Positions 18,930 to 29,716 of a DNA stretch of 64,000 nucleotides are shown here, piece after piece. Both the position numbers and the translations under genes were made by a program. Positions within the stretch are counted from its first letter, which is position 1. Every line of letters starts with the position of its first letter. The notes under the pieces were generated by a model that saw only the letters and a list, made by a program, of their open reading frames with translations, was not told where the DNA came from and searched no databases. Origin of the DNA: an uncultured Candidatus Actinomarina sp. Lineage in GTDB: Bacteria; Actinomycetota; Acidimicrobiia; Actinomarinales; Actinomarinaceae. Location: positions 49,457 to 113,456 of the forward strand of contig CABXDL010000001.1 in assembly GCA_902510995.1 (NCBI GenBank), written 5' to 3'.

Positions 18930-20425
18930 TATCTTCTCCTTTTAAATTCAACATAGTTCATTCTAATGATACTGATAGACACTAAAAATGAAATAATAAC
19001 AATAATTGAAGTTACAACTAAGTTATAAATAATATTTCCAAAATCTAGGTTTAGGTTAATTAAGGCTGTATAAATAATCCCTGATAACAGTAAACATAAA
19101 AATATATCATAAATTAGAGCTGTATCTAGTATCGACTCTCCTTCTATCTTGAGTGAAAATAACATAAAAGCTGCATAAGCCCACAAAAAAGAAATAATAA
19201 TTATTGAATAGTTAATTTCACTAGCATTACTACTTAGCAGTAGTGTAATAGTTGTTCCCAGAGTTCCTATAGTTCCAACTCCCACTGGGAACCAGTAACG
19301 CTTTTGGACGTAATAAGATCTATTTACAATTTGATTAATAGACCAAGGGACTACTCCTAAGGCCACAATCTTCATTATTGATGAAACCCTTACTACATCA
19401 GCACTAGAAAATTTTCCTCTTTCGTAAACAATACTTATGATTTCTTCTGAATTTATTACAAGAATTAATACCATAACAACATTAAATAGAAACAATGAAG
19501 AGAGCTGTGTTCTGATTATATTTTTAAGTTCATCAAACTTTTTCTCTACAAACATTTTTGATAAGGTTGGGTAGCTAGCAACACCTACGGCCTGAGCAAC
19601 TATACCTACTGGAAGTAGTGCAATTCTTCTTGCATACCTAAAAGAAGCAACAGACCCAGCACCTAAAAATGAACCAAAAATCCTAAATAGCTGCTCATCC
19701 ATTACGGCAATTGATTGTCCCACGATTAAAGGTAGAGAAACAGTTAGATATTCCTTAATATATTTGATCTTTGGTGTAACAGGTTTAAAAGTTAAACCAC
19801 TTTTTTTAACTCCTATTAGTTGAATAAAAAAATGTCCAACAACTGACCCTATAAACCCCCCTACTGCAAAGCCATATACTGTTGATTCTGGAGTTGAGGA
19901 GTTCAACCAACCGAAAAGTATTATTGAAAAATTGTAAATTACAGGAGCTAAAGCGGGGTATTTAAAGTCATTATGAAAATATTGATATGACATAAGTATT
20001 GCCCCAATAAAAAAGAAAGCCTGGCTAAAGACTATTGGGGCAAATAGTTTTAAAAAAAGGTTCAAGTTTTGTACTTCTAGAATTAAACCTATCTCATTTT
20101 TAAGCAGGAAAAAGATAGCTGATATAGAAATAAAAATAATAGAGAGACCATAGAGAAGAGATAAGAAGTAATCATTCAAACCTCTACTATTCTTTTGTTT
20201 TAAGTCTGAAAGGATTGGGATTAGAGTTATTGCTAAATAACCACCTGCAGATAGGTAAAATAAAAAATCTGGAATTATGAAGGCTAAGTCAAGAGTGTCT
20301 GAAGCAGAAGATACACCAGTCCACTTTGCAAGAAGAATTTCTCTCAGGAATCCCAACAGCCTGCTGCTTAAGTAAGCTATAGAAATTATAGAAATCGGTC
20401 CTATGAGTTTTTTATATTCCTGCAT
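18929..20425 (-). CDS. murJ: Lipid II flippase MurJ/MviN
   Basis: About 14 TM helices with a MurJ-type N-terminal region. 498 aa. Confidence 0.85.
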   Translation of the reverse strand: MQEYKKLIGPISIISIAYLSSRLLGFLREILLAKWTGVSSASDTLDLAFIIPDFLFYLSAGGYLAITLIPILSDLKQKNSRGLNDYFLSLLYGLSIIFISISAIFFLLKNEIGLILEVQNLNLFLKLFAPIVFSQAFFFIGAILMSYQYFHNDFKYPALAPVIYNFSIILFGWLNSSTPESTVYGFAVGGFIGSVVGHFFIQLIGVKKSGLTFKPVTPKIKYIKEYLTVSLPLIVGQSIAVMDEQLFRIFGSFLGAGSVASFRYARRIALLPVGIVAQAVGVASYPTLSKMFVEKKFDELKNIIRTQLSSLFLFNVVMVLILVINSEEIISIVYERGKFSSADVVRVSSIMKIVALGVVPWSINQIVNRSYYVQKRYWFPVGVGTIGTLGTTITLLLSSNASEINYSIIIISFLWAYAAFMLFSLKIEGESILDTALIYDIFLCLLLSGIIYTALINLNLDFGNIIYNLVVTSIIVIISFLVSISIIRMNYVEFKRRR

Positions 20426-21290
20426 GTTTTTCTTTCATTTTAAATAAAAATTCATAAGGGGTTTTTAATGGTTTATTTTCATAACCAAATCCGATATTAA
20501 TATTTGGTCTATTTTCACCATGATAATCAGTACCACCAGACTCTAGAAGATTGAAGTTTTTTGCAACAGTAGATAAGCTTGATGTAATTTCTGAATTGTA
20601 GCTAGAATAATTTGTTTCCAATCCATCAATACCTAATTCAGCAAGCTTATTTATATAGGTAATAAAATCATTGTTTATCCATTTTTGATTATTTGAATAA
20701 TTTTTATTACTCATCAAAGTATGAGGGTGTGCTAAAAATATTAAACATTTTGATTCTCTTGATAATTCAATCAATTTCTCTATAGATTCTTGGTGAATTC
20801 TGGAATCACCTACTTTTCCATTTCCTAAGTATTTTACAAAAGCTTCGTTTATAGAATTAACATATCCTTTTTCGTACATTATTTTTGCAATGTGGGGTCT
20901 ACCTGGTACTTTTGTATCGAACTTATTGAGTTCCGATGGATCTATTTCTATATTTTCTTGATTTAGTTTTTTTAATATATCTTCATTTCTTTCAATCTTA
21001 AGATTTCTAATTTTCTCCAAGTGTTTTGTTATAGAACTCTCTTCCTCTAAAAAATAAATTAGCAAATGTACTCCTGCAAATACATTAAAACTTTCAAGAT
21101 CATCCCAGCTAGCACTAACTTCAATTCCTTGGATTATTTCAATATCATCTCTTTTTTTAGGAATTGTAAGATATTCATGATCTGTAATTGAAATAGCTTC
21201 TAGTTGCATTTCTAAAGCTTTATCTACTAGTTCTTCAACCGAATCGGTTCCATCAGAGTTTATTGAATGTATGTGTAAATCAATAGCCAT
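20412..21290 (-). CDS. PHP-domain metal-dependent phosphoesterase
   Basis: N-terminal DLHIHS...SDG PHP signature. Confidence 0.7.
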   Translation of the reverse strand: MAIDLHIHSINSDGTDSVEELVDKALEMQLEAISITDHEYLTIPKKRDDIEIIQGIEVSASWDDLESFNVFAGVHLLIYFLEEESSITKHLEKIRNLKIERNEDILKKLNQENIEIDPSELNKFDTKVPGRPHIAKIMYEKGYVNSINEAFVKYLGNGKVGDSRIHQESIEKLIELSRESKCLIFLAHPHTLMSNKNYSNNQKWINNDFITYINKLAELGIDGLETNYSSYNSEITSSLSTVAKNFNLLESGGTDYHGENRPNINIGFGYENKPLKTPYEFLFKMKEKHAGI

Positions 21291-21338
21291 TACAAACTAG
21301 AGTACTAGGTCTGTTAAATCTTTAATAAGTTCATTAGA

Positions 21339-22556
21339 ATGTTTCAGGTGAGTTTAATAGTACAAAAATTTGGTGGCACAAGTGTTTCAAACCCTGAATC
21401 ACTCAAAACTGTCGCGAATAAAATTATAGAATGCAAAGAAGGCGGGAACGAAGTAGTAGTCGTTGTTTCAGCAATGGGTTCAAGTACAGATGAATTAATT
21501 GATTTAGCAGAGGAACTCTCCGAAACACCTTCACCAAGAGAGATGGATATGCTTTTATCAGCTGGAGAAAGAATTACAATGTCTCTTCTTGCAATTCACT
21601 TAAATAATTTAGGGTACGAATCTTTTTCACTAACTGGTTCTCAAGCTGGTATTACAACTACGTCCAGACATGGAATGGCAGAAATTGAAAATATAAGTGG
21701 AGAGAGAGTCAAAGAAGGAATAGAAAATGGAAATATTGTTATTGTCGCAGGATTTCAAGGAGTTAATAAAGAGACTCGAGAAATAACGACTCTAGGTAGA
21801 GGAGGGTCAGACGCAACAGCAGTTGCTTTAGCAGCCTCATTAGATGCTGAAAGGTGTGAGATTTATACTGATGTTGAAGGAGTCTTCACAGCTGATCCAA
21901 GAATAATTAAAGAAGCAAAGCTCATAGAAGAAATAACTTATGATGAGATGTTAGAAATGGCTTCATCAGGAGCGAGAGTATTGATGGCTAGGTCTGTAGA
22001 ATTTGGTAGAAGGTATAATGTACCAATAATTGTTAAATCAACATTTAACAACGGCGAGGGAACAATAGTAAAGGAAAAAATAATGGAAGAAGCCATAGTC
22101 AGGGGAGTTACTCATAATGATAAAGAAATGAAGTTCACTCTTTTTGGAGTTCCTGATCAACCTGGTATTGCCGGGAAGGTTTTTGGACCCCTATCTGAAG
22201 GTGGAATAATTGTAGACATGATTGTTCAAAATGTTTCTAAGGATTCAAAGACAGATATAAGTTTTACTGCCCCTACAGATCAAAGTGAAGAGGTAATGGA
22301 GGTTCTCTCCAATCTCTCAAACGATTTAAATGCTGAAGGGACTGATTCAGATGAAAATATTGCAAGAGTTTCAATTATTGGTGCTGGAATGAAGGCAGAA
22401 TCTGGTGTAGCTTCAAAGATGTTTTCAATATTAGGTAAAAATAAGATAAACATAGGAATGATTTCAACATCTCCTATAAGGATTTCCTGCGTGATCCCAA
22501 AAAATGACATGAATAAAGCTATAGAGGCACTTCATGAAGAATTTATTTCTGAGTAA
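21339..22556 (+). CDS. ask: Aspartate kinase (with tandem ACT domains)
   Basis: IVQKFGGTSV N-terminus and a C-terminal ACT pair. Confidence 0.9.
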   Translation: MFQVSLIVQKFGGTSVSNPESLKTVANKIIECKEGGNEVVVVVSAMGSSTDELIDLAEELSETPSPREMDMLLSAGERITMSLLAIHLNNLGYESFSLTGSQAGITTTSRHGMAEIENISGERVKEGIENGNIVIVAGFQGVNKETREITTLGRGGSDATAVALAASLDAERCEIYTDVEGVFTADPRIIKEAKLIEEITYDEMLEMASSGARVLMARSVEFGRRYNVPIIVKSTFNNGEGTIVKEKIMEEAIVRGVTHNDKEMKFTLFGVPDQPGIAGKVFGPLSEGGIIVDMIVQNVSKDSKTDISFTAPTDQSEEVMEVLSNLSNDLNAEGTDSDENIARVSIIGAGMKAESGVASKMFSILGKNKINIGMISTSPIRISCVIPKNDMNKAIEALHEEFISE

Positions 22557-23546
22557 ATGAATATAGCAATAGTTGGGGCAACAGGTTTAGTTGGAAGGCA
22601 GATTATCAACCTTTGTGAAGAATTTCTTCCAAAAGATGCAAGTTATACTTTGTTCGCATCTAGCAAATCAGCAGGAAAAAAGCTAGAGGTTAATGGTAAT
22701 GAATATGAAGTCAGAGAGCTTAATGAAAATAATATAGAATCTTATGATATATCTTTATTTTCAGCAGGCGGTGAAAGGTCCAAAAGCTATGCTGAGATAT
22801 TTACCTCTAAAGGTTCATATGTTATTGATAATTCTTCCGCTTTTAGAATGGAGAAAGAAGTTCCACTAGTTGTTTTTGGAATAAATGAAAATACAATCTC
22901 TAAAGAAACAAAATTAATATCAAACCCTAACTGCACAACTATGGGTTTGGTAATGGCTTTGAAACCGTTGCATGATAAATATAATTTATTGAATATTGTG
23001 CCTGTTGCATACCAAGCTGTGTCCGGATCAGGCAGTGAAGCTGTAAACTCGCTAGAGAAAGAAGAACATTTAGGGGAAAAACTTAATTCAAATTATGATG
23101 AAGGATTTTATCAAAGACCTATAGCAAGAAATGTAATACCTTTAGCTGGTAGCTTAACTGAAAATGGATATTCAGATGAAGAGATGAAATTTGTAAATGA
23201 ATCGAGAAAAATTTTAAATATACCAGAACTGACTGTAGAGCCTTCAAATGCAAGAGTTGGTGTAAAAACTGGTCATGGAATATTTTGTTCCGCAACTTTT
23301 GAAAAAGAAGTAGAAGTTAAAGAGGCAAGCACTTTAATAGACAGCTTCAATGGAGTTCAATACTGGGAAGATGTATTACCAACACCATTAGATGCTGAAG
23401 GAAAAAAAGATGTGTTAGTTGGACGTATGAGAAAAGGCTTATCTGATAATAGGATTTTAAATTTCTGGGTGGTTTCTGACAATCTATTAAAAGGAGCTGC
23501 ATTAAATGCTGTTCAGATTGCTAGTTATGTAGTTGAAAATGATTGA
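22557..23546 (+). CDS. asd: Aspartate-semialdehyde dehydrogenase
   Basis: IVGATGLVG Rossmann start, NCTT catalytic Cys region, and the ask-asd arrangement. Confidence 0.85.
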   Translation: MNIAIVGATGLVGRQIINLCEEFLPKDASYTLFASSKSAGKKLEVNGNEYEVRELNENNIESYDISLFSAGGERSKSYAEIFTSKGSYVIDNSSAFRMEKEVPLVVFGINENTISKETKLISNPNCTTMGLVMALKPLHDKYNLLNIVPVAYQAVSGSGSEAVNSLEKEEHLGEKLNSNYDEGFYQRPIARNVIPLAGSLTENGYSDEEMKFVNESRKILNIPELTVEPSNARVGVKTGHGIFCSATFEKEVEVKEASTLIDSFNGVQYWEDVLPTPLDAEGKKDVLVGRMRKGLSDNRILNFWVVSDNLLKGAALNAVQIASYVVEND

Positions 23547-24192
23547 AGTTCCAGAGAATATCCCTAAGAGAAAACGAATAATTTTAGGCCCTTTAGGTAG
23601 ATTCCTTTTAAAACTATTTAAATGGGACATAACGGGAACTATTCCTAATTTAAAAAAAATGATTTTAATTGGGGCACCACATTCAGCGATGAGAGATGCT
23701 TGGTATGGCTTGTTGGCTGTTCTTGCTTTAGATTTAAAAGTTACTTTTTTTGGTGCACGCTGGATATTTACTAGGTTGCCAAGTCTTGTGACTTTTTCAA
23801 AGAACTTAGATAAACTAGGTATTCCCTGGCCTCTAGGTTGGTTGCAAAAAATAATACTGATGAGGCTTGGTGGAGTACCAGTTTATAGAGTTAACTCAAG
23901 AGGCACTATTAAAGGCGCTATTGAGGAGTTTTCTAAAATTGATAACTATCTTCTATTGATTGCGCCAGAAGCAGGAACAGAAGTTGCTTATAAATTTAGA
24001 AGCGGTTTTTATTACTTAGCAAAAGAATTAGACATACCCTATGTTCCTGTTGAGATAGATTTTAAAAATAGAGCATTCAACATAAGAAACCCAGAAAAGG
24101 TTAGCTCTAATTTCGAGGAAGAATCTCAAAAAGTAATTGAAATTTTTGATGGAGTAGAGGGAGCAACAAGAGTTTTTACAATGTCAAAATAA
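23533..24192 (+). CDS. Lysophospholipid acyltransferase (PlsC-like)
   Basis: HX4D motif (HSAMRD) and a PEAGTE-like block. Confidence 0.5.
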   Translation: MKMIEVPENIPKRKRIILGPLGRFLLKLFKWDITGTIPNLKKMILIGAPHSAMRDAWYGLLAVLALDLKVTFFGARWIFTRLPSLVTFSKNLDKLGIPWPLGWLQKIILMRLGGVPVYRVNSRGTIKGAIEEFSKIDNYLLLIAPEAGTEVAYKFRSGFYYLAKELDIPYVPVEIDFKNRAFNIRNPEKVSSNFEEESQKVIEIFDGVEGATRVFTMSK

Positions 24193-24892
24193 AAGGAACA
24201 AAAAGACTAAGAATATAATTCCCAACTGGGATTTTTTTTATTCCTAAAAGATTTATTCCAACGCCAATTAATAAAATCCCACCAATTCCTGCTATTGATT
24301 CAGAAATTAATGGATCAATTCTTGAATTTATTAATAAAGCGCATAGTGTAAAAAAGCCTTGATAAATTAATATTGAAACTCCTGAATATACAGCTCCTTT
24401 ACCACCACTAGCTGTAATAAATATAACCAAAAAACAATCAAGTGCAGTTTTGATTAGAAGCAACTCTAAATTTGATTCAACAACATCAAAAAAAGGACCA
24501 ATAATTGCTAAGGGACCTGTTATAACTATCAAGGTTGTAGTTAAGTAGCTTTCAATAAACTTACTTTGATCAGGGTCAGATTTTTCAAATTTTCTGTATA
24601 GGTAATCACCAAATTTTTTAATTCTCTCCTCAATTTTTAACAGGTTTCCAATTACAGCGCCTACGATTACTGCGAAAATAGTAAATATAAAACCTGACAC
24701 CTCAAAGCTCATGAACCTAACATAATCGGGATTTTTTAATGATTCTCTCAAACCTAGAGCTAAAACTAATAAACCTAAAGGAAGTAAATTGTCTTCAAAA
24801 TTTTTCAGCTCTTTTTTGAATACTATGCGAGATAAAATGCCAACAAATAATACACTTACTCCATTAACAATTGTTCCAATTCCAGGAATCAT
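24176..24892 (-). CDS. Polytopic membrane protein (possibly DUF554-like)
   Basis: Six to seven predicted TM helices. The family assignment is tentative. Confidence 0.45.
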   Translation of the reverse strand: MIPGIGTIVNGVSVLFVGILSRIVFKKELKNFEDNLLPLGLLVLALGLRESLKNPDYVRFMSFEVSGFIFTIFAVIVGAVIGNLLKIEERIKKFGDYLYRKFEKSDPDQSKFIESYLTTTLIVITGPLAIIGPFFDVVESNLELLLIKTALDCFLVIFITASGGKGAVYSGVSILIYQGFFTLCALLINSRIDPLISESIAGIGGILLIGVGINLLGIKKIPVGNYILSLFVPFILTL

Positions 24893-25455
24893 TTCTTATT
24901 AAAATCTGAGTGGCTTTTACTTGGAGTTGGTCCTTCTTGCCCTTGATATTTACTTCCGTAGGTTTCAGAACCATATTCAGATTCTGATGGAGAGTTCAAA
25001 TAATAGAAAGAAATCTGGCCTATTTTCATTTCTGGGTAAATCATTATTGGTAGATTCGCAACATTAGAAAGTTCCAAAGTTAAATACCCAGCAAAACCAG
25101 GATCAACAAACCCAGCAGTAGAATGTATTAATAACCCAATTCTCCCTAAAGAAGATTTTCCCTCAAGCCTTGCAACAACTTTATTTGATAAAGTTACTCT
25201 TTCAAAAGTTGTACCAAGAACAAATTCACCAGGATGTAGAACAAAAGGCTCCTCTATTGATGCTGTAACCAGAGTGGTTAGATCATCTTGTTCAGCTTTA
25301 GGGTCTATATGGCTATATTTATGATTTTCAAAAACTCTAAACTCAGAACCAACTCTTAAGTCAATACTTGACGGCTGGATGTAGCTTTCATCTAAAGGGT
25401 TAACCTCAATTGACTTTTCTTCAAGAGCTTTTTTTATATCTACATCTGAAAGCAT
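24889..25455 (-). CDS. dcd: dCTP deaminase
   Basis: 188 aa with a dUTPase-like fold pattern. The start overlaps the downstream membrane gene. Confidence 0.85.
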   Translation of the reverse strand: MLSDVDIKKALEEKSIEVNPLDESYIQPSSIDLRVGSEFRVFENHKYSHIDPKAEQDDLTTLVTASIEEPFVLHPGEFVLGTTFERVTLSNKVVARLEGKSSLGRIGLLIHSTAGFVDPGFAGYLTLELSNVANLPIMIYPEMKIGQISFYYLNSPSESEYGSETYGSKYQGQEGPTPSKSHSDFNKK

Positions 25456-25500
25456 AATTCCTTCTGTCCTTTGAATATAATAGTCATCATTCTCATTTTT

Positions 25501-25701
25501 TTATCCATTTAAAATAGATGCAACAGACCATAAAGCTATAAAGAAACCTATAGTTCCAAGAAAAATAGTTCTTGATAAATAGATTTCTTTTCCTTCTTTG
25601 TTTTTATTTATATAAGCAAATAGATTTCCAAAAAACATTGCAGCGCCAACTCCAAGTAAGAGTAGATTTATTGTTAAATTTAATGCAAATGGGTCATTCA
25701 T
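25501..25701 (-). CDS. Small two-TM membrane protein
   Basis: 66-aa hydrophobic ORF upstream of dcd. Confidence 0.3.
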   Translation of the reverse strand: MNDPFALNLTINLLLLGVGAAMFFGNLFAYINKNKEGKEIYLSRTIFLGTIGFFIALWSVASILNG

Positions 25702-25725
25702 AGCTTCATGTGTTATGTTAATAAG

Positions 25726-26613
25726 ATGACAAACACAAAAGAAATAGTAGATATATTTTTAAGTTCCGAAATAACTAATATTTCTAATCCTGAGATGTAT
25801 TCGATATCAAAGTTAGGAGGAATAACAAACGATAGTTTTAAAGTAGGCGTCTCTGATAGGTATTTTGTACTGAGACTTCCTGGTAAAAACCCGGATTTAA
25901 TTAATAGAAAAGCAGAAAAGATAAACCAAACCTTAGCTGCAGAAGCAGGGCTAACATTACCTTTTTTATATTTTGATGAAAATACTGGAATAAAGATTTC
26001 AGATTTTGAAAGTAATTTAGTTGCTCTTGAACCTGACCAATTAAAAAGTAAAGAGTATATTAATACAGCTTTAATTACGCTAAATGAACTACACCAAAGC
26101 AATATTAGTTTCGAGCAGTGTTTTGATCACTACGCATTCTTTAACGAGATTCAGAAAGAAAAAGAATATAAAGAGATGGCAAAAATAGGAAATTATTTAC
26201 TTGAAAAAATAAAATCAATTAATCAAAAATTAGTTCCATGCCATAAAGATATATATGGTCCAAACTTTGTTCTTTTAGGTGGTGACATGTATTTAATTGA
26301 TTGGGAATATTCAGGAATGGAAAGCAAATTTTTTGATTATGGAGATTTATGTTTGCAACAAAACATTGAAGAAGATCAAAGAAAACAGTTATTTCTAGAA
26401 CTAGAACTTGAAGAAGGGGGAGATGACCAAGTTTTATGGAATTTATATAGATATCTTAGTTCTCTGACCTGGGGCTTATGGGCTACAAGAAAAGGAGTTT
26501 TAGATGAGGAAACTGATAAAGATTATCTGAATCTTGGAAAAAATAAGATTAAGTCTGTATTTGAGGCTGTAAGTACTGAAAATTTTGAAAAACATCTTTC
26601 ACGTAAATATTAA
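25726..26613 (+). CDS. Phosphotransferase (APH/choline-ethanolamine kinase-like) family protein
   Basis: HKDIYGPNF Brenner motif and a DWEYSG motif. Confidence 0.65.
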   Translation: MTNTKEIVDIFLSSEITNISNPEMYSISKLGGITNDSFKVGVSDRYFVLRLPGKNPDLINRKAEKINQTLAAEAGLTLPFLYFDENTGIKISDFESNLVALEPDQLKSKEYINTALITLNELHQSNISFEQCFDHYAFFNEIQKEKEYKEMAKIGNYLLEKIKSINQKLVPCHKDIYGPNFVLLGGDMYLIDWEYSGMESKFFDYGDLCLQQNIEEDQRKQLFLELELEEGGDDQVLWNLYRYLSSLTWGLWATRKGVLDEETDKDYLNLGKNKIKSVFEAVSTENFEKHLSRKY

Positions 26614-26662
26614 AAATCGACTACACTTCTTCAGTCCGGAAAAAAAGGAATAAATACGATTT

Positions 26663-26758
26663 ATGGGATCTTTGATAAAGAAACGACGTAAAAAAATGTC
26701 GAAACATAAGTACAGAAAACGTCGTAAATCAAATAGACATAAGAAGAAGAGCGTCTAG
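26663..26758 (+). CDS. Ribosomal protein bS22 (Actinobacteria-specific 31-aa micro-protein)
   Basis: The translation MGSLIKKRRKKMSKHKYRKRRKSNRHKKKSV closely matches mycobacterial bS22 (MGSVIKKRRKRM...). It is not in the ORF track. Confidence 0.65.
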   Translation: MGSLIKKRRKKMSKHKYRKRRKSNRHKKKSV

Positions 26759-27612
26759 CTTTCTCTTCCTTCGTTATTTAAAAAATCTTCAATCTGTTGA
26801 ACTAGGTTCTCTTCTGAGAAATTATCTTCAATATTTACTTCTGCTTCTTCTAATTTAGAGACATATTCTGCAAGATCTTTAGAATTTTCCATTGCTTTGT
26901 TAATTCGTACTTCAAACTGCTGACCTTCGGTTTGTATTCCGGTGTCATCAACTTCTATATCTAATATTTCGGCTGTTTTATTTAATAAAGCACTTATTCC
27001 TTTTGGATACCCTCCTGAGCTTAAGTAGTGAGGAACAGCAGCCCACAAACCAGAAGTTTCAATACCATTTTTTCTTAAATCATGGCCAACTACGCTTGTT
27101 ATCCCAGTTGGTCCAGAGTAGTTTGTAGATAATACATTAAATCTTGCATGAAAAGTAGGATCATCACTTACTCCAAATATTGGAACAGGAAGAGTATGAG
27201 CAACTTGACCAAAAAAGGCACCTAGTGTTACTGCTCTCTTCACTCCCAGGTCTAATAAAGTATTTGAAATATTTTCAGAGTAGTTTTTCCATTTCATTGA
27301 AGGCTCTTCTCCAAAAACCAAAATTAAATCATTTTTTAATTTGTAATCTTCTATTGAATAAAATGATGTTTGTGGCCAGTGAAATTCTCTTTGACCAATA
27401 TCTTTTACTTCTACTATTGGTCTTCTCATTTGGTAGTTGTAGAATCCTTCTGAATTTAATTCAGCAAATGGTTCAATATCAAAAGTTCCAGATAAATTTT
27501 CCACACAGCCACTAGCTGTATTACCTGCATCACTCCATCCTTCAAAAGCTAGAACAGCAACAGGCTCTGATAGTAATGGTTTTCTATACCAAATTACGTC
27601 ATCCATATCCAA
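26755..27612 (-). CDS. PAC2-family protein
   Basis: N-terminal PVAVLAFEGWSDAGN signature typical of actinobacterial PAC2 proteins. Confidence 0.6.
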   Translation of the reverse strand: MDMDDVIWYRKPLLSEPVAVLAFEGWSDAGNTASGCVENLSGTFDIEPFAELNSEGFYNYQMRRPIVEVKDIGQREFHWPQTSFYSIEDYKLKNDLILVFGEEPSMKWKNYSENISNTLLDLGVKRAVTLGAFFGQVAHTLPVPIFGVSDDPTFHARFNVLSTNYSGPTGITSVVGHDLRKNGIETSGLWAAVPHYLSSGGYPKGISALLNKTAEILDIEVDDTGIQTEGQQFEVRINKAMENSKDLAEYVSKLEEAEVNIEDNFSEENLVQQIEDFLNNEGRES

Positions 27613-27649
27613 AGATTAACCTTTGTCAGGTTTTAATAAGAAAATATTT

Positions 27650-29716
27650 TTACAGATTTCTTGAGGAGTTAAACACAACTGAAATACTAGAAGCAGCCAT
27701 TGCTAACGCAGCCATATTTGGCGATATATTTCCCGTTATAGCAATTGGTATCATTGCTGTGTTATAAATAAAAGCTAAGAATAGATTCTGATTTATTCTT
27801 TTTTGAGATTTTTTTGCTAGATCAATTATGTCAATAATTTTAGATATATCGCCTTTATGAATAATTATGTCTCCAGCACTCTGTGCTATTTGGGTACTAT
27901 GTGAACTTGCTATCCCTACATCAGCTTGTTTCAAAGCAGGCGAATCATTAATTCCATCTCCCACAAATGCAACCGTATTGTTTATTTGTTTTTCTTTTAC
28001 ATATTGAACTTTATCTTCAGGCATCTGACTTCCAATAGATTCCGAAACTCCTAAAGATTTTCCAAAATCCTGAACTTTTTTACTACTATCTCCTGATAAG
28101 ATTGAAACTTCGTAACTATCTGAAAGAGTATTTATAAATTGAGAATTAATCCTGACTTCTTCTTCTAGTTCTATAGAAAACATATTTTCATTTATCTTTA
28201 CATCCAAGATAGTTAAAGTACCCTCATTTACGGAAGCTTTTTTTATAGATACTTTTTTCTCATTTACTTTTCCTTCAACACCAACTCCTTCTTTTTCGAT
28301 GAAATTCTCTACTTCAAATAGGGGTATATTTTTATTTTCTGCTTCAAGCAATATACTTTTTGCAATTGGGTGGTTGGACTTTTGTTCTAGGCTTGCTATA
28401 TATTGCAATACTAAATCTGTGCTTCCTCCGTTTTTAGGGATAATTGCTTTAATCTTAAAAACACCAGTTGTTATTGTTCCAGTTTTATCAAATATAATGG
28501 TTGTCACTTTTGTAAGCTTTTGTAAGTAATCAAAATTTTTAAATATAAAACCTTTTTTATTGGATATAGAAGCTGACCTAAAAAGGACTATTGGAATTGC
28601 TAAACCTAAAGCGCAAGGGCATGCAATAACAAGAATAGATATAGTTATCTTTAATGCTACAAAAGTTTCTTGCTCAAAATAAATTAACCTCATGAAAAAA
28701 GTGAACAAACTAATAATAAGTACAGTAGGTACAAAAATTTGAGTCACTTTATCTATATTTTTTTGAACGGAGGGCTTTGTTGTTTGAGCTTTAAATATCA
28801 TATCTTCAATTAAATTAAAAGTCGTTTCACCACTTATTTTTGATACTTTTATTTTTATTTCGCCAGTAAGATTTATTGTCCCCGCTATAACTAAGCTATC
28901 TTTATTTTTTTCAACAGGAACTGATTCACCTGTAATAATACTTTCGTCAATAGTTGATGCTCCTGTTTGTATATGGCCGTCTAAAGGTATAACTTCTCCT
29001 GGAAGAACAACTATTTCTTCATCTTTTGATATTTCATCTATATTTTTCATTACGTATTCCCCGTTATAAACTCTTACATCTTTAGGGATTAGCTCTAAAA
29101 GGGCTTCAGATATTTCTACCGAAGATTTAATTGATACTTCTTCAATAGTTTTTCCAATTAATATAAATGAAACAATATACGCACCTGTTTCAAGAAACAT
29201 TAAGGGTTGTTTTGTTGATAATATGGCAAAAATGAAAGAAGAAAGACTACCAATTGAAATCAAGGTATCCATATTAAAGCTAAGTCTCATTAGATTCTTT
29301 ATTGCAGATATGTGAAATTTATAGCCAAACACAAAAATTACAACTATAGCGATACTGATTGCTTGAATTGTAAAACCATTCTCAATAAAAAGTGGTTTTA
29401 GAAGTATTGTTAGTATTAAAGATAGAACAGGTTTAATAAATTTTGTTACTTTCTTTTCGTCAACAATGTTTTCTTCGAATACAACTGCTGAATAGCCAAT
29501 TGATTTAATTTTTTTAATAACCTTATTCGTATCAATAGATTCATGAAACTCTACAATAGCTTTTTTCAATGGGAAATTAACTACCGCAGTTTTTATTGAA
29601 GCTTCTTTATCTAAGACTCTCTCAATTCTTGATGCACAGGCAGCACAGGTCATTCCCTCAATTGAGAGAGTTAGAGGCTTCCCTTCATTCGACAACTGTG
29701 TAACCATGATCGTCAA
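27650..29716 (-). CDS. copA: Cu+-translocating P1B-type ATPase
   Basis: N-terminal HMA domain (GMTCAACASRIE), CPC in TM6, DKTGT phosphorylation site, GDGINDSPAL hinge. Confidence 0.9.
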   Translation of the reverse strand: MTIMVTQLSNEGKPLTLSIEGMTCAACASRIERVLDKEASIKTAVVNFPLKKAIVEFHESIDTNKVIKKIKSIGYSAVVFEENIVDEKKVTKFIKPVLSLILTILLKPLFIENGFTIQAISIAIVVIFVFGYKFHISAIKNLMRLSFNMDTLISIGSLSSFIFAILSTKQPLMFLETGAYIVSFILIGKTIEEVSIKSSVEISEALLELIPKDVRVYNGEYVMKNIDEISKDEEIVVLPGEVIPLDGHIQTGASTIDESIITGESVPVEKNKDSLVIAGTINLTGEIKIKVSKISGETTFNLIEDMIFKAQTTKPSVQKNIDKVTQIFVPTVLIISLFTFFMRLIYFEQETFVALKITISILVIACPCALGLAIPIVLFRSASISNKKGFIFKNFDYLQKLTKVTTIIFDKTGTITTGVFKIKAIIPKNGGSTDLVLQYIASLEQKSNHPIAKSILLEAENKNIPLFEVENFIEKEGVGVEGKVNEKKVSIKKASVNEGTLTILDVKINENMFSIELEEEVRINSQFINTLSDSYEVSILSGDSSKKVQDFGKSLGVSESIGSQMPEDKVQYVKEKQINNTVAFVGDGINDSPALKQADVGIASSHSTQIAQSAGDIIIHKGDISKIIDIIDLAKKSQKRINQNLFLAFIYNTAMIPIAITGNISPNMAALAMAASSISVVFNSSRNL

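Noticed and set aside
24889-25455. dCTP deaminase, with dGTPase at 15472..16449, as anti-phage nucleotide-depletion defence
   Set aside because: Both are short standalone housekeeping architectures without the kinase or extra domains of the defence versions. No other defence genes, restriction systems or mobile elements were seen nearby.
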